IMG/VR virus record: IMGVR_UViG_3300042544_003795
Location: 1 to 64,000 of that record
From: a virus
DNA length: 64,000 nucleotides
Strand: one strand, 5' to 3'
Of this stretch, positions 20,625 through 30,838 are shown one piece after another (the stretch's first letter is position 1; each line of letters starts with the position of its first letter). The translations under genes were made by a program, and so were the position numbers. The notes under the pieces were generated by a model. That model was not told the origin of the DNA. It made no database searches and saw only the letters and a list, made by a program, of their open reading frames with translations.

Positions 20625-20978
20625 ATGAGCGGCAAAGACTGTAGTAATAATAGTGAAAAATCAAAGCGTTATGATTACTGGGGTCAAGTAGTAGAAACTT
20701 TAGTTAATAAATACAAAGCTTTGAATAAAGCTTGTGAAGCCGCAAGTAAATCAGGTACACTTGATCCGAATGGCCCATTATTTGAGGCCATTTGGTCAAG
20801 TTTTGAAAGTTTTTTAAATATACTAGATCAAGAAGGATGGATCTCATGGTATATTTACGATAATGAATGTGGAAAGAAAAAACTTAAAGCATCATATGGT
20901 AAAAGGAAACTTGTGAAAATAGACTCGAATTTAAAATTGATTGATCTAATAATAGAAACAGAGGAAAGTAAAAAATGA
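20625..20978 (+). CDS. Hypothetical protein
   Basis: 117 aa ORF, WISWYIYDNECG motif. Confidence 0.65.
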   Translation: MSGKDCSNNSEKSKRYDYWGQVVETLVNKYKALNKACEAASKSGTLDPNGPLFEAIWSSFESFLNILDQEGWISWYIYDNECGKKKLKASYGKRKLVKIDSNLKLIDLIIETEESKK

Positions 20979-22027
20979 AAATGCCTAGTATATCTTTATG
21001 TGGTTTCTATGGTTATAAAAACTATGGAGACACTTTAATGCTTGATTGTCTCAGTTCTTTTTTAAAGTCCTCGGGCTTAAGCGTTAGTGTTTTCTCTGAT
21101 AGGAAAAGTGATGAATCTTTTTCTTATAAAAAATTAGACCCTAATAGATCAGACATTATAGCTTTGGGTGGTGGGGGAATTATTACACAAAATTTCTGGT
21201 ATATAAAAGAGGGCTTATACAAGTCTCTGAGAGAGGATCAAAAGCTAATTTTACTGAATGTAAATCTCACTTCAGAATCAGTGCCAGTACTGGGACTTCT
21301 CAAAGATAAAATCTCTCTGGCAGTTGTGAGAGATCGTTTTTCTTATGATCTTGCTTTAAAATTTTTAATGGATGAAAGCAAAGTGATTCTGGCTTCTGAT
21401 ATATCTTACATTTACAATGTAAAAAAGATAGACGAAGGATATACAGATTCTATTTTCAATAAAAAAGAAAAGAAAGTTTCTGTTTGTTTAAATAGTTATA
21501 TTTTTAAAGATTACTTTTCTAATGATTCTAGACAAAGAATTTACGCTGAAAAATCTCTAATAGAAATTTCTGAATTTCTAAAATGGATGAAAACATTTGA
21601 CTATAGAGTACAACTTGTTCCATCTCAAGTAGATACAGAAGTAAATGATAATACTATCCATGGTATTCTAAATGGTTATATGGGCGGTGCGAATAATTGG
21701 ATCTACACAAACGAGCATATAGAACAGAATCTAAAAAATTCTTCTCTGATTGTTTCCTCTAGATATCATACTACTTTATTTGCTATCAAAAATTCTATAC
21801 CTTTCATTGATATAACTCATCATTCTAAAAATTCTAATTTACTTAAAGACTTAGGGTTACAAGAATTTTCAATTAATTACTGGAAAATTGGTTTAGAAGA
21901 ATTAAAGAAAAAAGCTTCTGAAGCGCAGAATTCAGATCTAATATCTGAAATAAGTTCTTCTTACGGTGTATCGTCTAGAGAGAATTGGAACAAAGTCCTT
22001 GAAAAAATACATGCATTAATTTTATGA
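20975..22027 (+). CDS. Polysaccharide pyruvyl transferase family protein
   Basis: GFYG..NYGD, GGGG, VRD..S, D, SSRYH motifs. Confidence 0.85.
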   Translation: MKMPSISLCGFYGYKNYGDTLMLDCLSSFLKSSGLSVSVFSDRKSDESFSYKKLDPNRSDIIALGGGGIITQNFWYIKEGLYKSLREDQKLILLNVNLTSESVPVLGLLKDKISLAVVRDRFSYDLALKFLMDESKVILASDISYIYNVKKIDEGYTDSIFNKKEKKVSVCLNSYIFKDYFSNDSRQRIYAEKSLIEISEFLKWMKTFDYRVQLVPSQVDTEVNDNTIHGILNGYMGGANNWIYTNEHIEQNLKNSSLIVSSRYHTTLFAIKNSIPFIDITHHSKNSNLLKDLGLQEFSINYWKIGLEELKKKASEAQNSDLISEISSSYGVSSRENWNKVLEKIHALIL

Positions 22028-22151
22028 AAAAGCATCCCCACTGCTGTAAGCCTCCCGATGATCATTCATCCAAACATAAATGGATGATGGTGACTTTCTA
22101 CTTAATGATTTTCAAATATAAAATAAAAAAATTCTTTGGTAAACTTTTCAA

Positions 22152-23240
22152 ATGAAAGTTGCTTTCATAGGTAACATAAATTCTAAGTGTGGAGTAGCAG
22201 TTTATAACGAATTGCTATTCAATGCTTTAAAAGAATTTACAGAAATTAAATTTTTCTCCGAAAGAAATGGAGAAGAAGATAATAAAGATATTAGTTACTG
22301 TTGGGATAGAGAAGAGTTCCCAAAGTTATCTCTTATAGAAAAAATAGATGAGTTTAAGCCGAATGTAATATTATTTAGTCATGAATACGGTATATTTCCT
22401 AAAGCTTATTTTTTCACATCTTTAGTATCTTATTTCAAATTAAAAAAATATAAAGTAGTAACAATATTCCACTCTGTATACGAAAATCATCAGGATAAAT
22501 TAGTAACAGAGTCTATTTGCAAAAACGTAGTAGTCCATACAGACGAAGCTAAAAGGGCTCTAGTCAGAAAAGGTCTAAACGAAGAGGATATCAGTATAGT
22601 TCCTCATGGATGCTCATTCGCAAATGAAGAAGAATCTATTCTTCCTAGATTGTGGAACCATAATGGAAATGAACATGTAGTTTTACAAGCAGGATTCCTT
22701 TTTTATTATAAATCCCATTTGCATATGCTGGATGTGATCTATGAGCTTAAAAAGAAATACGAAAATGTGCTGTACATAATAGTGGGTTCAGAAAATCCAC
22801 TATGTAAATCGGAGCATGACAAATTATATAAAGAGATTTGCGATAAAGTAGAAAAATTAGGATTGACGCATAACGTAGTCATAGACAGAGGTTTCGTTTC
22901 TAAAAATGTTCTAATGTCTTATATCAGAACTAGTTACGTATGTGTATTGCCTTATAAACCAGATCCAGAATTTGACGTTTTTGCGGCGAGTGGTATGGCG
23001 AGAATAGTTTTGCAAACATCGACGCCGCTATTAACATCAAAAGCAAATTTATTTAACAATATGGATGATGTGGCCATCAAGTGTGACACTACTGATACTT
23101 GGGTTAAATCTATTTCTGACATCTTTGATAAAAATTACGACGAGAATAAAATGATTGAAAGTAGAAAGACTTTCTTAAAAGAAAATTCTTGGGAAAACTG
23201 CTCTAAAAAACTGATAGATATATTTAATATAGCTAAATGA
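22152..23240 (+). CDS. GT4-like glycosyltransferase
   Basis: CGVA.Y, HEYGIF, VPHG, LPY, ASG motifs of GT-B fold. Confidence 0.85.
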   Translation: MKVAFIGNINSKCGVAVYNELLFNALKEFTEIKFFSERNGEEDNKDISYCWDREEFPKLSLIEKIDEFKPNVILFSHEYGIFPKAYFFTSLVSYFKLKKYKVVTIFHSVYENHQDKLVTESICKNVVVHTDEAKRALVRKGLNEEDISIVPHGCSFANEEESILPRLWNHNGNEHVVLQAGFLFYYKSHLHMLDVIYELKKKYENVLYIIVGSENPLCKSEHDKLYKEICDKVEKLGLTHNVVIDRGFVSKNVLMSYIRTSYVCVLPYKPDPEFDVFAASGMARIVLQTSTPLLTSKANLFNNMDDVAIKCDTTDTWVKSISDIFDKNYDENKMIESRKTFLKENSWENCSKKLIDIFNIAK

Positions 23241-23692
23241 AAAAATGTGGCAAATGCAAAACTTATTTGGAAGACGGCGACTTTTCGTTTCGTAAAGGTC
23301 GTTTACAAAGTTTTTGTAAGAACTGCCAGAAAGAATGCTCTAAAAAATATAGAGAGAAAAATAAAAAAAGCTGTAGAAGAAATTTGAAAGAATGGAGAGA
23401 AGAGAATAAATCAAATAGGGGATTAGATTCTCAGCAAGTATTGCAAGAAGAATTCAGATCAAAAATGAGGAGGATGCTAAAAAGAAAGAATGATAAAGTC
23501 GAAGACTCTTTACTGAAATATTCTTCTGAAGAATTAAAATCTTTTTTGATAAAAACATTTGACACTTTGCCTAAAGAGGGTATATTCTTATCATATAAAA
23601 AACCTTTAAAAGAATTTAATTTATCTTTAGAAGAAGAGTGGAGAAAAGCGGGGTCTTTTGAAAATTTGATTTTGAAATTCAAAGAAACTTGA
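23237..23692 (+). CDS. Zinc-binding protein resembling a degenerate homing endonuclease
   Basis: KKCGKCK...SFCKNC N-terminus; no clear catalytic HNH. Confidence 0.5.
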   Translation: MKKCGKCKTYLEDGDFSFRKGRLQSFCKNCQKECSKKYREKNKKSCRRNLKEWREENKSNRGLDSQQVLQEEFRSKMRRMLKRKNDKVEDSLLKYSSEELKSFLIKTFDTLPKEGIFLSYKKPLKEFNLSLEEEWRKAGSFENLILKFKET

Positions 23693-23704
23693 TAGAAATC
23701 AAAA

Positions 23705-24040
23705 ATGAATATAGAATTAGAAGAAATAATAGTCAAAAAGTACCCAGAAATATGCTGTGGCTATAAAGAAGACTATCCTACAAACTGTTTCCAATATGGA
23801 TTCGAATTTGGTGACGGATGGTTTGATCTTATAGATGAAACATTGTCAAAGCTAGACGATATATGCAAAAACACAGGAATAAAAATCAAAATAGGTCAAG
23901 CTAAATCGAAGTTCTCGGAACTCAGACTTCACATAGATATTTTACCCGGCCAAAGAGGCGCTAAAATACAACAAGCAATTTCCCAAATAGAAAACATTGT
24001 CCAGCAATCAGAAATAAAATCAAAAACAATAAAAGAATGA
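23705..24040 (+). CDS. Conserved phage hypothetical protein
   Basis: GFEFGDGWFDLI...Q.KSKF.ELR motif. Confidence 0.7.
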   Translation: MNIELEEIIVKKYPEICCGYKEDYPTNCFQYGFEFGDGWFDLIDETLSKLDDICKNTGIKIKIGQAKSKFSELRLHIDILPGQRGAKIQQAISQIENIVQQSEIKSKTIKE

Positions 24041-24297
24041 ATCAAGAAATAACAAACATAGAAGACGAAGATCTTCGCCTAAAACTAGAGCAGCTAGAAA
24101 AGTATAAATACGAAATCAGAAAGCTAAGTGAAGAACAAGATTCGATATACGAAAAAGTTGTAGCATTATTTGTTAATGGAGATAATGATTTCGCTTTTGA
24201 TTATGTCTTTAATCAAAGTAGCGAAGATTCAGAAGGAAATTGTGATTACGCTGTATTCCTAACTGATAGTATGATAAAGAAATTAAAAGAAAAATGA
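24037..24297 (+). CDS. Hypothetical protein
   Basis: 86 aa ORF overlapping neighbours. Confidence 0.6.
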   Translation: MNQEITNIEDEDLRLKLEQLEKYKYEIRKLSEEQDSIYEKVVALFVNGDNDFAFDYVFNQSSEDSEGNCDYAVFLTDSMIKKLKEK

Positions 24298-24716
24298 AAA
24301 AGATAACGCAAGAGAAATTAACTCAAACCACTGATTGGATTGAGTATTCTAAAAAATTTGTCGGAGATAGCAATTATAATATGCCTACTAAGAACTGGAT
24401 TAAACTTGAGTTTAGTCCTTTCTTCATGGGTATACTAAAAAATCTAAGTCTCCCTTATTCTTTTAAATTCGATTGTGATGACTACGCCTCTCTATATAGA
24501 GTACTCGCTCAAATTTGCCACAAGAAAAGCGAAGGGAATGGAGAGGGAATTGCAGTTGCAGAAATTATGTATAAGCCGAATTGGGCAGACGGCTTAAATC
24601 ATGCCATCAACGCCGCTTACACTGATGAAGGTTGGGTCTTCATTGAGCCTCAAGGCGGACAAATAATTAAACTAACCGAAGAAGAGATAAATTCTATATA
24701 CTATGTACGTTTATAA
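24294..24716 (+). CDS. Papain/transglutaminase-like cysteine protease domain
   Basis: FDCDDYA, HAIN and FIEPQ (Cys-His-Glu triad). Confidence 0.65.
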   Translation: MKKITQEKLTQTTDWIEYSKKFVGDSNYNMPTKNWIKLEFSPFFMGILKNLSLPYSFKFDCDDYASLYRVLAQICHKKSEGNGEGIAVAEIMYKPNWADGLNHAINAAYTDEGWVFIEPQGGQIIKLTEEEINSIYYVRL

Positions 24717-24855
24717 ATCTATTTTAATTTTATTCGTAATGCTATCTAGTGGGTGTATTTCTTTAGACCAAACTTCAACTACAAATGAACCAATTGTAAT
24801 TATGAAGTCTGGGACTCTAAAGCAAGATTTCCCAAAGGTAGATTATGTTCAATAA
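24703..24855 (+). CDS. Small lipoprotein (50 aa, not in ORF track)
   Basis: MYVYKSILILFVMLSSGC lipobox; fills the gap between neighbours. Confidence 0.55.
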   Translation: MYVYKSILILFVMLSSGCISLDQTSTTNEPIVIMKSGTLKQDFPKVDYVQ

Positions 24856-25060
24856 AATAAAAACAATCCTTTCTATTCTAAGTTGCGATTGCTATGTGAT
24901 ACCCAAAAAACAAATGGGTATTTGGCTCTATGATTTGGAAAATCTAAAAAAAAGAGTTGATACTTGCAGTAGCAAAAATGTGTGCTATATTCTAATGGGA
25001 AGGATAGATTCTCTATCAAACATCACAAGATATATCTTAACTTTTAATCATAAGAAGTAA
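24845..25060 (+). CDS. Hypothetical protein
   Basis: 71 aa ORF in operon. Confidence 0.5.
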   Translation: MFNKIKTILSILSCDCYVIPKKQMGIWLYDLENLKKRVDTCSSKNVCYILMGRIDSLSNITRYILTFNHKK

Positions 25061-25689
25061 TGGCTCAAATGGTTCTAAATCACAATGTTGATAACCTGAA
25101 ATGTTTAGTGAGAGTCTCTCACTTGACTCATAATCCAGAAGACCATGACAAATACCATAATGCTTACATATTTGGTATTCAATCTATATCAGGGAAAATC
25201 TTAACATTCCATATCATGACTGATTACGGCATGATGAGAAGTAGAGTCCCTATTAGCGAGATATTCCTATCTGAACCAACTAATGATATTCCTTTCCATT
25301 TTAAACAATTGTGGGATTGCTTTAGTGAAAACGTATCTGTAATTACCTACGAATATCTATATGAAAAAAGATGTGAAGTATTACTAAAAGATGGATCTAA
25401 AATTTGGGCAACTTATCTGTTTACAGTAGATTGGTATAGTAATGCATATTCAGATGAACCTTCTGATTATAAGTGCGGTCATATTTTAGTAGCAGACGAC
25501 GGCTATTTGTTATGCCAACCAAATAATAGAATATTCTGGAGAGATTCTAACTGGGTTACAAAACCTTTCCCATTCAAAACAAAAAGCATAAAAGTCGATA
25601 ATAATTTACCTTCTGTAGAAACAGTCTCTGATAAATGGGTCACTGAAGATACTGATTCTTATTATTACGATATAACTAAAAAAGTATAA
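25060..25689 (+). CDS. Conserved phage hypothetical protein
   Basis: QLWDCFS, YLFTVDW, CQPNNRI.W.D motifs. Confidence 0.7.
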   Translation: MAQMVLNHNVDNLKCLVRVSHLTHNPEDHDKYHNAYIFGIQSISGKILTFHIMTDYGMMRSRVPISEIFLSEPTNDIPFHFKQLWDCFSENVSVITYEYLYEKRCEVLLKDGSKIWATYLFTVDWYSNAYSDEPSDYKCGHILVADDGYLLCQPNNRIFWRDSNWVTKPFPFKTKSIKVDNNLPSVETVSDKWVTEDTDSYYYDITKKV

Positions 25690-26069
25690 TGCTACTAGTC
25701 GAAACATACTTGTTCGAATCGGTTGGTAGAGGTTTAGGTTTATTTTCCAAAAAATTTATTCCAAAAGGTACTTTAATTTGGCAATTTGCGGAAGGTCTTG
25801 ATATAAAAATTCATAAAGATAAATGTGAATTGTTAAATAGTGTTCAAAAGAAGTTTGTAGATACTTATTTCTGGAGAGAAGGTGATTATTTATATTCTTC
25901 TTGTGATCATTCTATTTTTCAAAATCATAGTGACAATCCTAATTGCGTAGAATTAGATGAAGACAAAATAATAGCGGCAAAAGATATTCATCCTGATGAA
26001 GAAATATTAACTTGCTATCAGAGTTTCGATGATGATTTTGAGAGTTATCAAAATCTACTAATAGATTAG
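25689..26069 (+). CDS. SET-domain protein
   Basis: GLGLF...I.KGT.IW, NHS.NPN, AAKDI...EEILTCY. Confidence 0.85.
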   Translation: MLLVETYLFESVGRGLGLFSKKFIPKGTLIWQFAEGLDIKIHKDKCELLNSVQKKFVDTYFWREGDYLYSSCDHSIFQNHSDNPNCVELDEDKIIAAKDIHPDEEILTCYQSFDDDFESYQNLLID

Positions 26070-26074
26070 AAAAT

Positions 26075-26737
26075 ATGATTTTAGTAATATCCGATATACA
26101 TTTAGGTAGCCCAATATGTCAGTCTGATTTGACTCTGAAGATTCTAAAAAGGAATGATTATGATTCTTTGATATTATGCGGTGATTTGCTAGATAGCTAT
26201 CATATGCATAGACTTTGCAAAAAACAATGGAACATCTTATCTGAATTAAGAAAAATTTCCAAAAAGAAACCTTGCGTTTTTATAAAAGGGAATCATGACA
26301 GAGATGCTGAAACTATATCCTCCCTTCTAGGCCTAGAATTCGTTGAAGAATATTCTCAGGTTGTTAATAACAAACGTATTCTTTTCGCCCATGGTGACAA
26401 ATGGGATAGCTTCACTAATAGTAAACCAATGATAACTGAAATAGCATCTAAGGTTTACTACGTGTTGCAAAAACTAGACAAGAATCAAAAGCTAACTAGA
26501 AAGCTTAAAAGAACTATAAAAACTTGGCATGGCGCAGCTCATGAGCTTACAGTAAAGATTGCTAAATATTGTTCTGATAATAAATACGACGCGGTTTGCT
26601 TTGGTCATACCCATGTTCCTAAGCATTCTTTTATAGATGGTATAGAGTGCGTTAATTTAGGCTCTCAGTGCGAATTACCTGTCACATATGCTATGATACA
26701 GAACGATGGGACGATCAGTATTGAGAAATTAGAATAA
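26075..26737 (+). CDS. Calcineurin-like metallophosphoesterase (LpxH-like)
   Basis: SDIHLG, GD..D, GNHD, HGD, GHTH. Confidence 0.85.
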   Translation: MILVISDIHLGSPICQSDLTLKILKRNDYDSLILCGDLLDSYHMHRLCKKQWNILSELRKISKKKPCVFIKGNHDRDAETISSLLGLEFVEEYSQVVNNKRILFAHGDKWDSFTNSKPMITEIASKVYYVLQKLDKNQKLTRKLKRTIKTWHGAAHELTVKIAKYCSDNKYDAVCFGHTHVPKHSFIDGIECVNLGSQCELPVTYAMIQNDGTISIEKLE

Positions 26738-26800
26738 ATAGTTTTTAGTAAAAAAAAACGGTTGTATTTCAATAAATAGATGTAGTATAAAGTAGATACT

Positions 26801-27013
26801 ATGTCTATTAAAAATATTAAGTTTGGTAAATTTTCTCTATTTACTGCTCGCTGTAGTTATAGCACTCTAGGATATTCATTTGTTAATGATTCTTGGTTTT
26901 TATATTTTTCAATAAGAATACTTTTCTTCGAATTCGGTGTAGAGTATGATAAGGATCATATCAAAAAAGATAAAAAAAGATTCTTCAGTAGAAAAGATTT
27001 AACCCTATTCTAA
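26801..27013 (+). CDS. Hypothetical protein
   Basis: 70 aa ORF after TATAAA -10-like site. Confidence 0.5.
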   Translation: MSIKNIKFGKFSLFTARCSYSTLGYSFVNDSWFLYFSIRILFFEFGVEYDKDHIKKDKKRFFSRKDLTLF

Positions 27014-27187
27014 ATATGAATAAAGATAGAAATTCGAAAGATCTAGTTAGAGACGAAGTAATTTCTCAACTTAGAAATGAAAAATCTAATCTCTTAAAAG
27101 AAGTCAAGAAGTTAAGATTAGAACTAGATTTACTGAAAATAGCATTCTCCGAATCTCATACAGGATTCACCCACCGAATACATTGAA

Positions 27188-27514
27188 ATGAAAAAAATAC
27201 TACTGCTGCTACTGTCATCCTCCAGCCTGCTATTGGCAAAACCAGTAGTAATATGGGATGATCCAAATCCTCCTTCAGCTAATATAGTATCTTATATAAT
27301 ATACGAGCAAGTCACCAGCTTAACTGGCACTACATATAAAGCTATATCGAAAGTATCGGGGAGTAGGGTATTTAATTTACCCACATCGAATACTACAAAA
27401 ACATATACCGTGTCAGCCGTTAGCGCAGAAGGTTTGCAAAGTCCGATGAGCGAACCATTGACAATTTATGCTCCAATGGCCTTGAAAAATTTAAGACTTC
27501 AGGAAGTAAAGTAG
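27188..27514 (+). CDS. Secreted fibronectin type III-like protein
   Basis: Signal peptide; WD.......Y.IY...Y.VSAV...G.QS.MS. Confidence 0.7.
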   Translation: MKKILLLLLSSSSLLLAKPVVIWDDPNPPSANIVSYIIYEQVTSLTGTTYKAISKVSGSRVFNLPTSNTTKTYTVSAVSAEGLQSPMSEPLTIYAPMALKNLRLQEVK

Positions 27515-27542
27515 AAAACTTAAACTCGGTTGCGAGGTATAA

Positions 27543-28676
27543 ATGGGTATGCACCATTTGACCTTGACGATGATTGTCAAAAATGAATCATCAAATATAG
27601 AGAGATGCCTGTCATCCGTCGCGGCTTATATAGATTACTATATTATATGTGATACAGGATCTACCGACGATACAAAAGAAAAGATTGTTAATTTTTTTGA
27701 TTTAAAAGGCATCAAGGGAGAGGTTCATGATCACAAGTGGGAAGACTTTGGAACCAATAGAACTAAAGCTCTAGAGTTGACATATGGCAAAACTAAGTGG
27801 GCTCTGATGATAGATGCAGACGATAGTATTTCGGGTAAACTGCCAGTAGAAAAATTATCAGAAGAATTCGACGCCTATAATGTCATACTATCAAAAGAAT
27901 CTTTTAGATGGTACAGAACTCAAATATTCAATATATCAAAAAAAGAATGGAAATACGTAGAACCATTGCATGAGTACCCTACATGTGAAGGCCAAGCCAA
28001 AATAGGAACATTAGAAGGCAAATATAGTTGGGATGCAAGGGCCGAAGGATGTAGAGCAAAAGAAAGCGCCACAGCTCAAGAGAAATATACAAAGGATTAC
28101 TGGACATTAAAGTCCTACCTCAAGAAAGATCCTAAACAGCCTAGGAAACAATTCTATGCAGCCCAATCTGCTTTCGACGGCGGGATGTTCAAAGAAGCAG
28201 AAGAAGAATATATCAAAAGAATAAATCTAGGAGATTGGATAGAAGAAATATTCTATTCATGGTTTAGAATAGGTGCCTGCCGAGAAAGACTAGGAAGACC
28301 GCTAGAACAAATTATAGATGCTTATATGATGGCCTACGAAACATGCCCCCATAGAGTAGAATCTTTAGTTAATATCTCAAGATGCTATAGAGAACATAAT
28401 AGGCCTAGATCTGCCTACTTAGCTGCTATCCAAGGTGCCAATATTCCATACCCTAAAGACCTACTGTTTATCGAGGCTTCTGATTATTTGTGGCGTATAC
28501 ATGATGAGATAGGTGCTACAGCCTATTATATGGGCGAATGGGTAATCGGGGCTAGAGCGTGTGAGAAACTTTTGAGGGAAAATTATTTTCCACCGAATGA
28601 GAAAGAAAGGATTACCGCAAACTACAATTTATATAAAGAAGCTTTGAAGGAACAAAATAAGCTGGCAAATCGTTAA
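27543..28676 (+). CDS. GT2 glycosyltransferase with TPR repeats
   Basis: MIVKNE, DTGSTD, IDADD, LHEY; TPR-like C-terminus. Confidence 0.85.
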   Translation: MGMHHLTLTMIVKNESSNIERCLSSVAAYIDYYIICDTGSTDDTKEKIVNFFDLKGIKGEVHDHKWEDFGTNRTKALELTYGKTKWALMIDADDSISGKLPVEKLSEEFDAYNVILSKESFRWYRTQIFNISKKEWKYVEPLHEYPTCEGQAKIGTLEGKYSWDARAEGCRAKESATAQEKYTKDYWTLKSYLKKDPKQPRKQFYAAQSAFDGGMFKEAEEEYIKRINLGDWIEEIFYSWFRIGACRERLGRPLEQIIDAYMMAYETCPHRVESLVNISRCYREHNRPRSAYLAAIQGANIPYPKDLLFIEASDYLWRIHDEIGATAYYMGEWVIGARACEKLLRENYFPPNEKERITANYNLYKEALKEQNKLANR

Positions 28677-29005
28677 GCTGGTAAACTGTTAAGCTGCCAA
28701 ATTAGAGAAAGCAATAGAAATAGAGAAAGCAATAGCGCACGCTGCTCTAATAAAACACGCCGCTCAAATAGTGCACGCTTATTATAAACAAAGATACTTG
28801 TGAAAGAAAGTATAGTAGAAATGCTTTTATGTGGGTAAGAAGTTAGTGCCACCCTACCCTATATGAGTTTCCATAGTTTCCATAATTTTCATAAATAGGG
28901 GGTTCCCCTATGGCCGCTTAAAGTATTTTTTATTTGACACGCAAATGCGCAATAACTGTTACACCATGCGCCATGTTACACCATGCGACACGTTTTTTGT
29001 CAAGT

Positions 29006-29040
29006 AAAAAAAAAGGACACGGGGTGAACCCGTGTCCTTT
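29006..29040 (-). terminator. Rho-independent terminator
   Basis: GGACACGGG-GTGAA-CCCGTGTCC hairpin with a T-run on the minus strand. Confidence 0.75.
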
Positions 29041-29051
29041 CGTATTACACC

Positions 29052-29552
29052 CTAGGCGACTAGTTCAAAAGTTTTTCCCCCATATTTTATGGTTTTTATG
29101 GATGAGAATTTAATGGCTTTAAAAGCCACTTGTTTCTTACCGGTGACGCCGACTTCCGCCTGTCTCTTGTTCTCTCCTTTCTTACGTAAGAAAGGGATGA
29201 CCTTCTCGGCTGGTATAATATACCCACCCGAAAAGTAGAAAGAATGCATCGGTGGAGAATTGCGCCTCACGTGCGCCAAGTACAGTTCTCCCTTGTGCTC
29301 GATGATCTTCTTGGACACAAACCACTGACCCCACGGAAGCGGGGCAGACACAAACCCGTCACCTCCCTGCATTCTCACTGCGTTTTGGTAGGATGCACCC
29401 ACAACTATCCTCCCCGTAGACACTTTGAGCAAGTCACTGGGCCCGCCTTTTTTAACTTCTGGCGAAGTTATTATCTTAAGTCCAACGATGAGAGCGCCCA
29501 GTTTTTCACTGAGAAGGGAAATCAATTCTGTAGATGAAATGGTGTTGTTCAT
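29052..29552 (-). CDS. Cassette cargo family A (paralog of 32081 and 46733)
   Basis: Shared VGASY..AV..QG...F.S..LPWG.W and KRQAE.GVTGKKQV. Confidence 0.85.
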   Translation of the reverse strand: MNNTISSTELISLLSEKLGALIVGLKIITSPEVKKGGPSDLLKVSTGRIVVGASYQNAVRMQGGDGFVSAPLPWGQWFVSKKIIEHKGELYLAHVRRNSPPMHSFYFSGGYIIPAEKVIPFLRKKGENKRQAEVGVTGKKQVAFKAIKFSSIKTIKYGGKTFELVA

Positions 29553-29560
29553 AGGACTTC

Positions 29561-29589
29561 ACTATACACCCATTCCTTGAATCACGCAA
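29561..29589 (-). promoter_or_regulatory. Sigma70-type early promoter, near-leaderless (representative of cassette promoters)
   Basis: TTGCGT-17-TATAGT-8-ATG. Confidence 0.75.
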
Positions 29590-29663
29590 GCGAATTTTTC
29601 TAATTGTTTTCGTTTTTCTTGGCGTGCCAATGCATGTTACACCATGCACTATGTTACACCATG

Positions 29664-29828
29664 CGCGAGAATCTAGGGTCCATGCCACACTACCATGGCG
29701 CGCGCATTTGTCAAAAAGAAAAACGTAGGGAAAAACACTATGCGCGAGAATCTAGGGTCCATGCCACACTACCATGGCGCGCGCATTTGTCAAAAAGAAA
29801 AACGTAGGGAAAAACACTATGCGCGAGA
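29664..29828. repeat. 79-bp direct duplication (third copy near 30510)
   Basis: GCGCGAGAATCTAGGGTCC...AAACACTAT repeated with a 79-bp period. Confidence 0.85.
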
Positions 29829-30109
29829 AAAAGTGCACCATACGCTATGTTACACCATACGCTATGTTACACCATGCGGCACGTTTTTCGTCAAGTGAAA
29901 AAACACCTGATGCGCTAGTAGAGGAATCCCCTAGGCGACGGGCCCGGCTAGGGGATTCCCCTATGGCCGCTTAAAGTATTTTTTATTTGACACGCAAATG
30001 CGCAATAACTGTTACACCATTCGCCATGTTACACCATGTGCCATGTTACACCATGTGCCATGTTACACCATATGCCATTTTACACCATGCGACACGTTTT
30101 TTGTCAAGC

Positions 30110-30144
30110 AAAAAAAAAGAGCACGGGATACACCCGTGCTCTTT
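30110..30144 (-). terminator. Rho-independent terminator
   Basis: GAGCACGGG-ATACA-CCCGTGCTC hairpin plus T-run on the minus strand. Confidence 0.75.
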
Positions 30145-30155
30145 CGTATTACACC

Positions 30156-30380
30156 TTAGGACATCCTATACGTCTCACACTTCGGTTCTAGTATGGTATC
30201 CCATACCATATAGAGTCTACCGGGCTCCATTAGAGCCACGAAATTGTTGTTGCCAGTCCATATACTGGCGCTGATGTCGCCGGGCCGCTTGACCCTAAAA
30301 TGGCCGGGCTCAAGCGCCCAGCATGAAGGATACTTGCTCCATGTACGATACATGGGACGGTTAAAAGATAGATTTGTCAT
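30156..30380 (-). CDS. Cassette cargo family B (paralog of 35292)
   Basis: NRP..RTWS...SCW....HFRVKRPGD...YMVWDTI; TTGCGT-17-TAGACT-8-ATG. Confidence 0.8.
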   Translation of the reverse strand: MTNLSFNRPMYRTWSKYPSCWALEPGHFRVKRPGDISASIWTGNNNFVALMEPGRLYMVWDTILEPKCETYRMS

Positions 30381-30838
30381 AGGTCACTAGTCTAAAGCCT
30401 ATCGGCCAATCACGCAAGCGAATTTTTCTAATTCTTTTCATTTTTTTTGGCGTGCCAACGCATGTTACACCATGCACCATGTTACACCATGCACCATGTT
30501 ACACCATGTGCGAGAATCTAGGGTCCATGCCACACTACCATGGCGTGCGCATTTGTCAAAAAGAAAAACGTAGGGAAAAACACTATGCGCGAGAAAAAGT
30601 GCACCATACGCTATGTTACACCATACGCTATGTTACACCATGCGGCACGTTTTTCGTCAAGTGAAAAAACACCTGATGCGCTAGTAGAGGAATCCCCTAG
30701 GCGACGGGCCCGGCTAGGGGATTCCCCTATGGCCGCTTAAGGTATTTTTTATTTGACACACGAATAGGCAATTCGTGTTATACCATGCGCTATGTTACAC
30801 CGTGCGGCATGTTACACCATGCCGCATGTTACACCATC

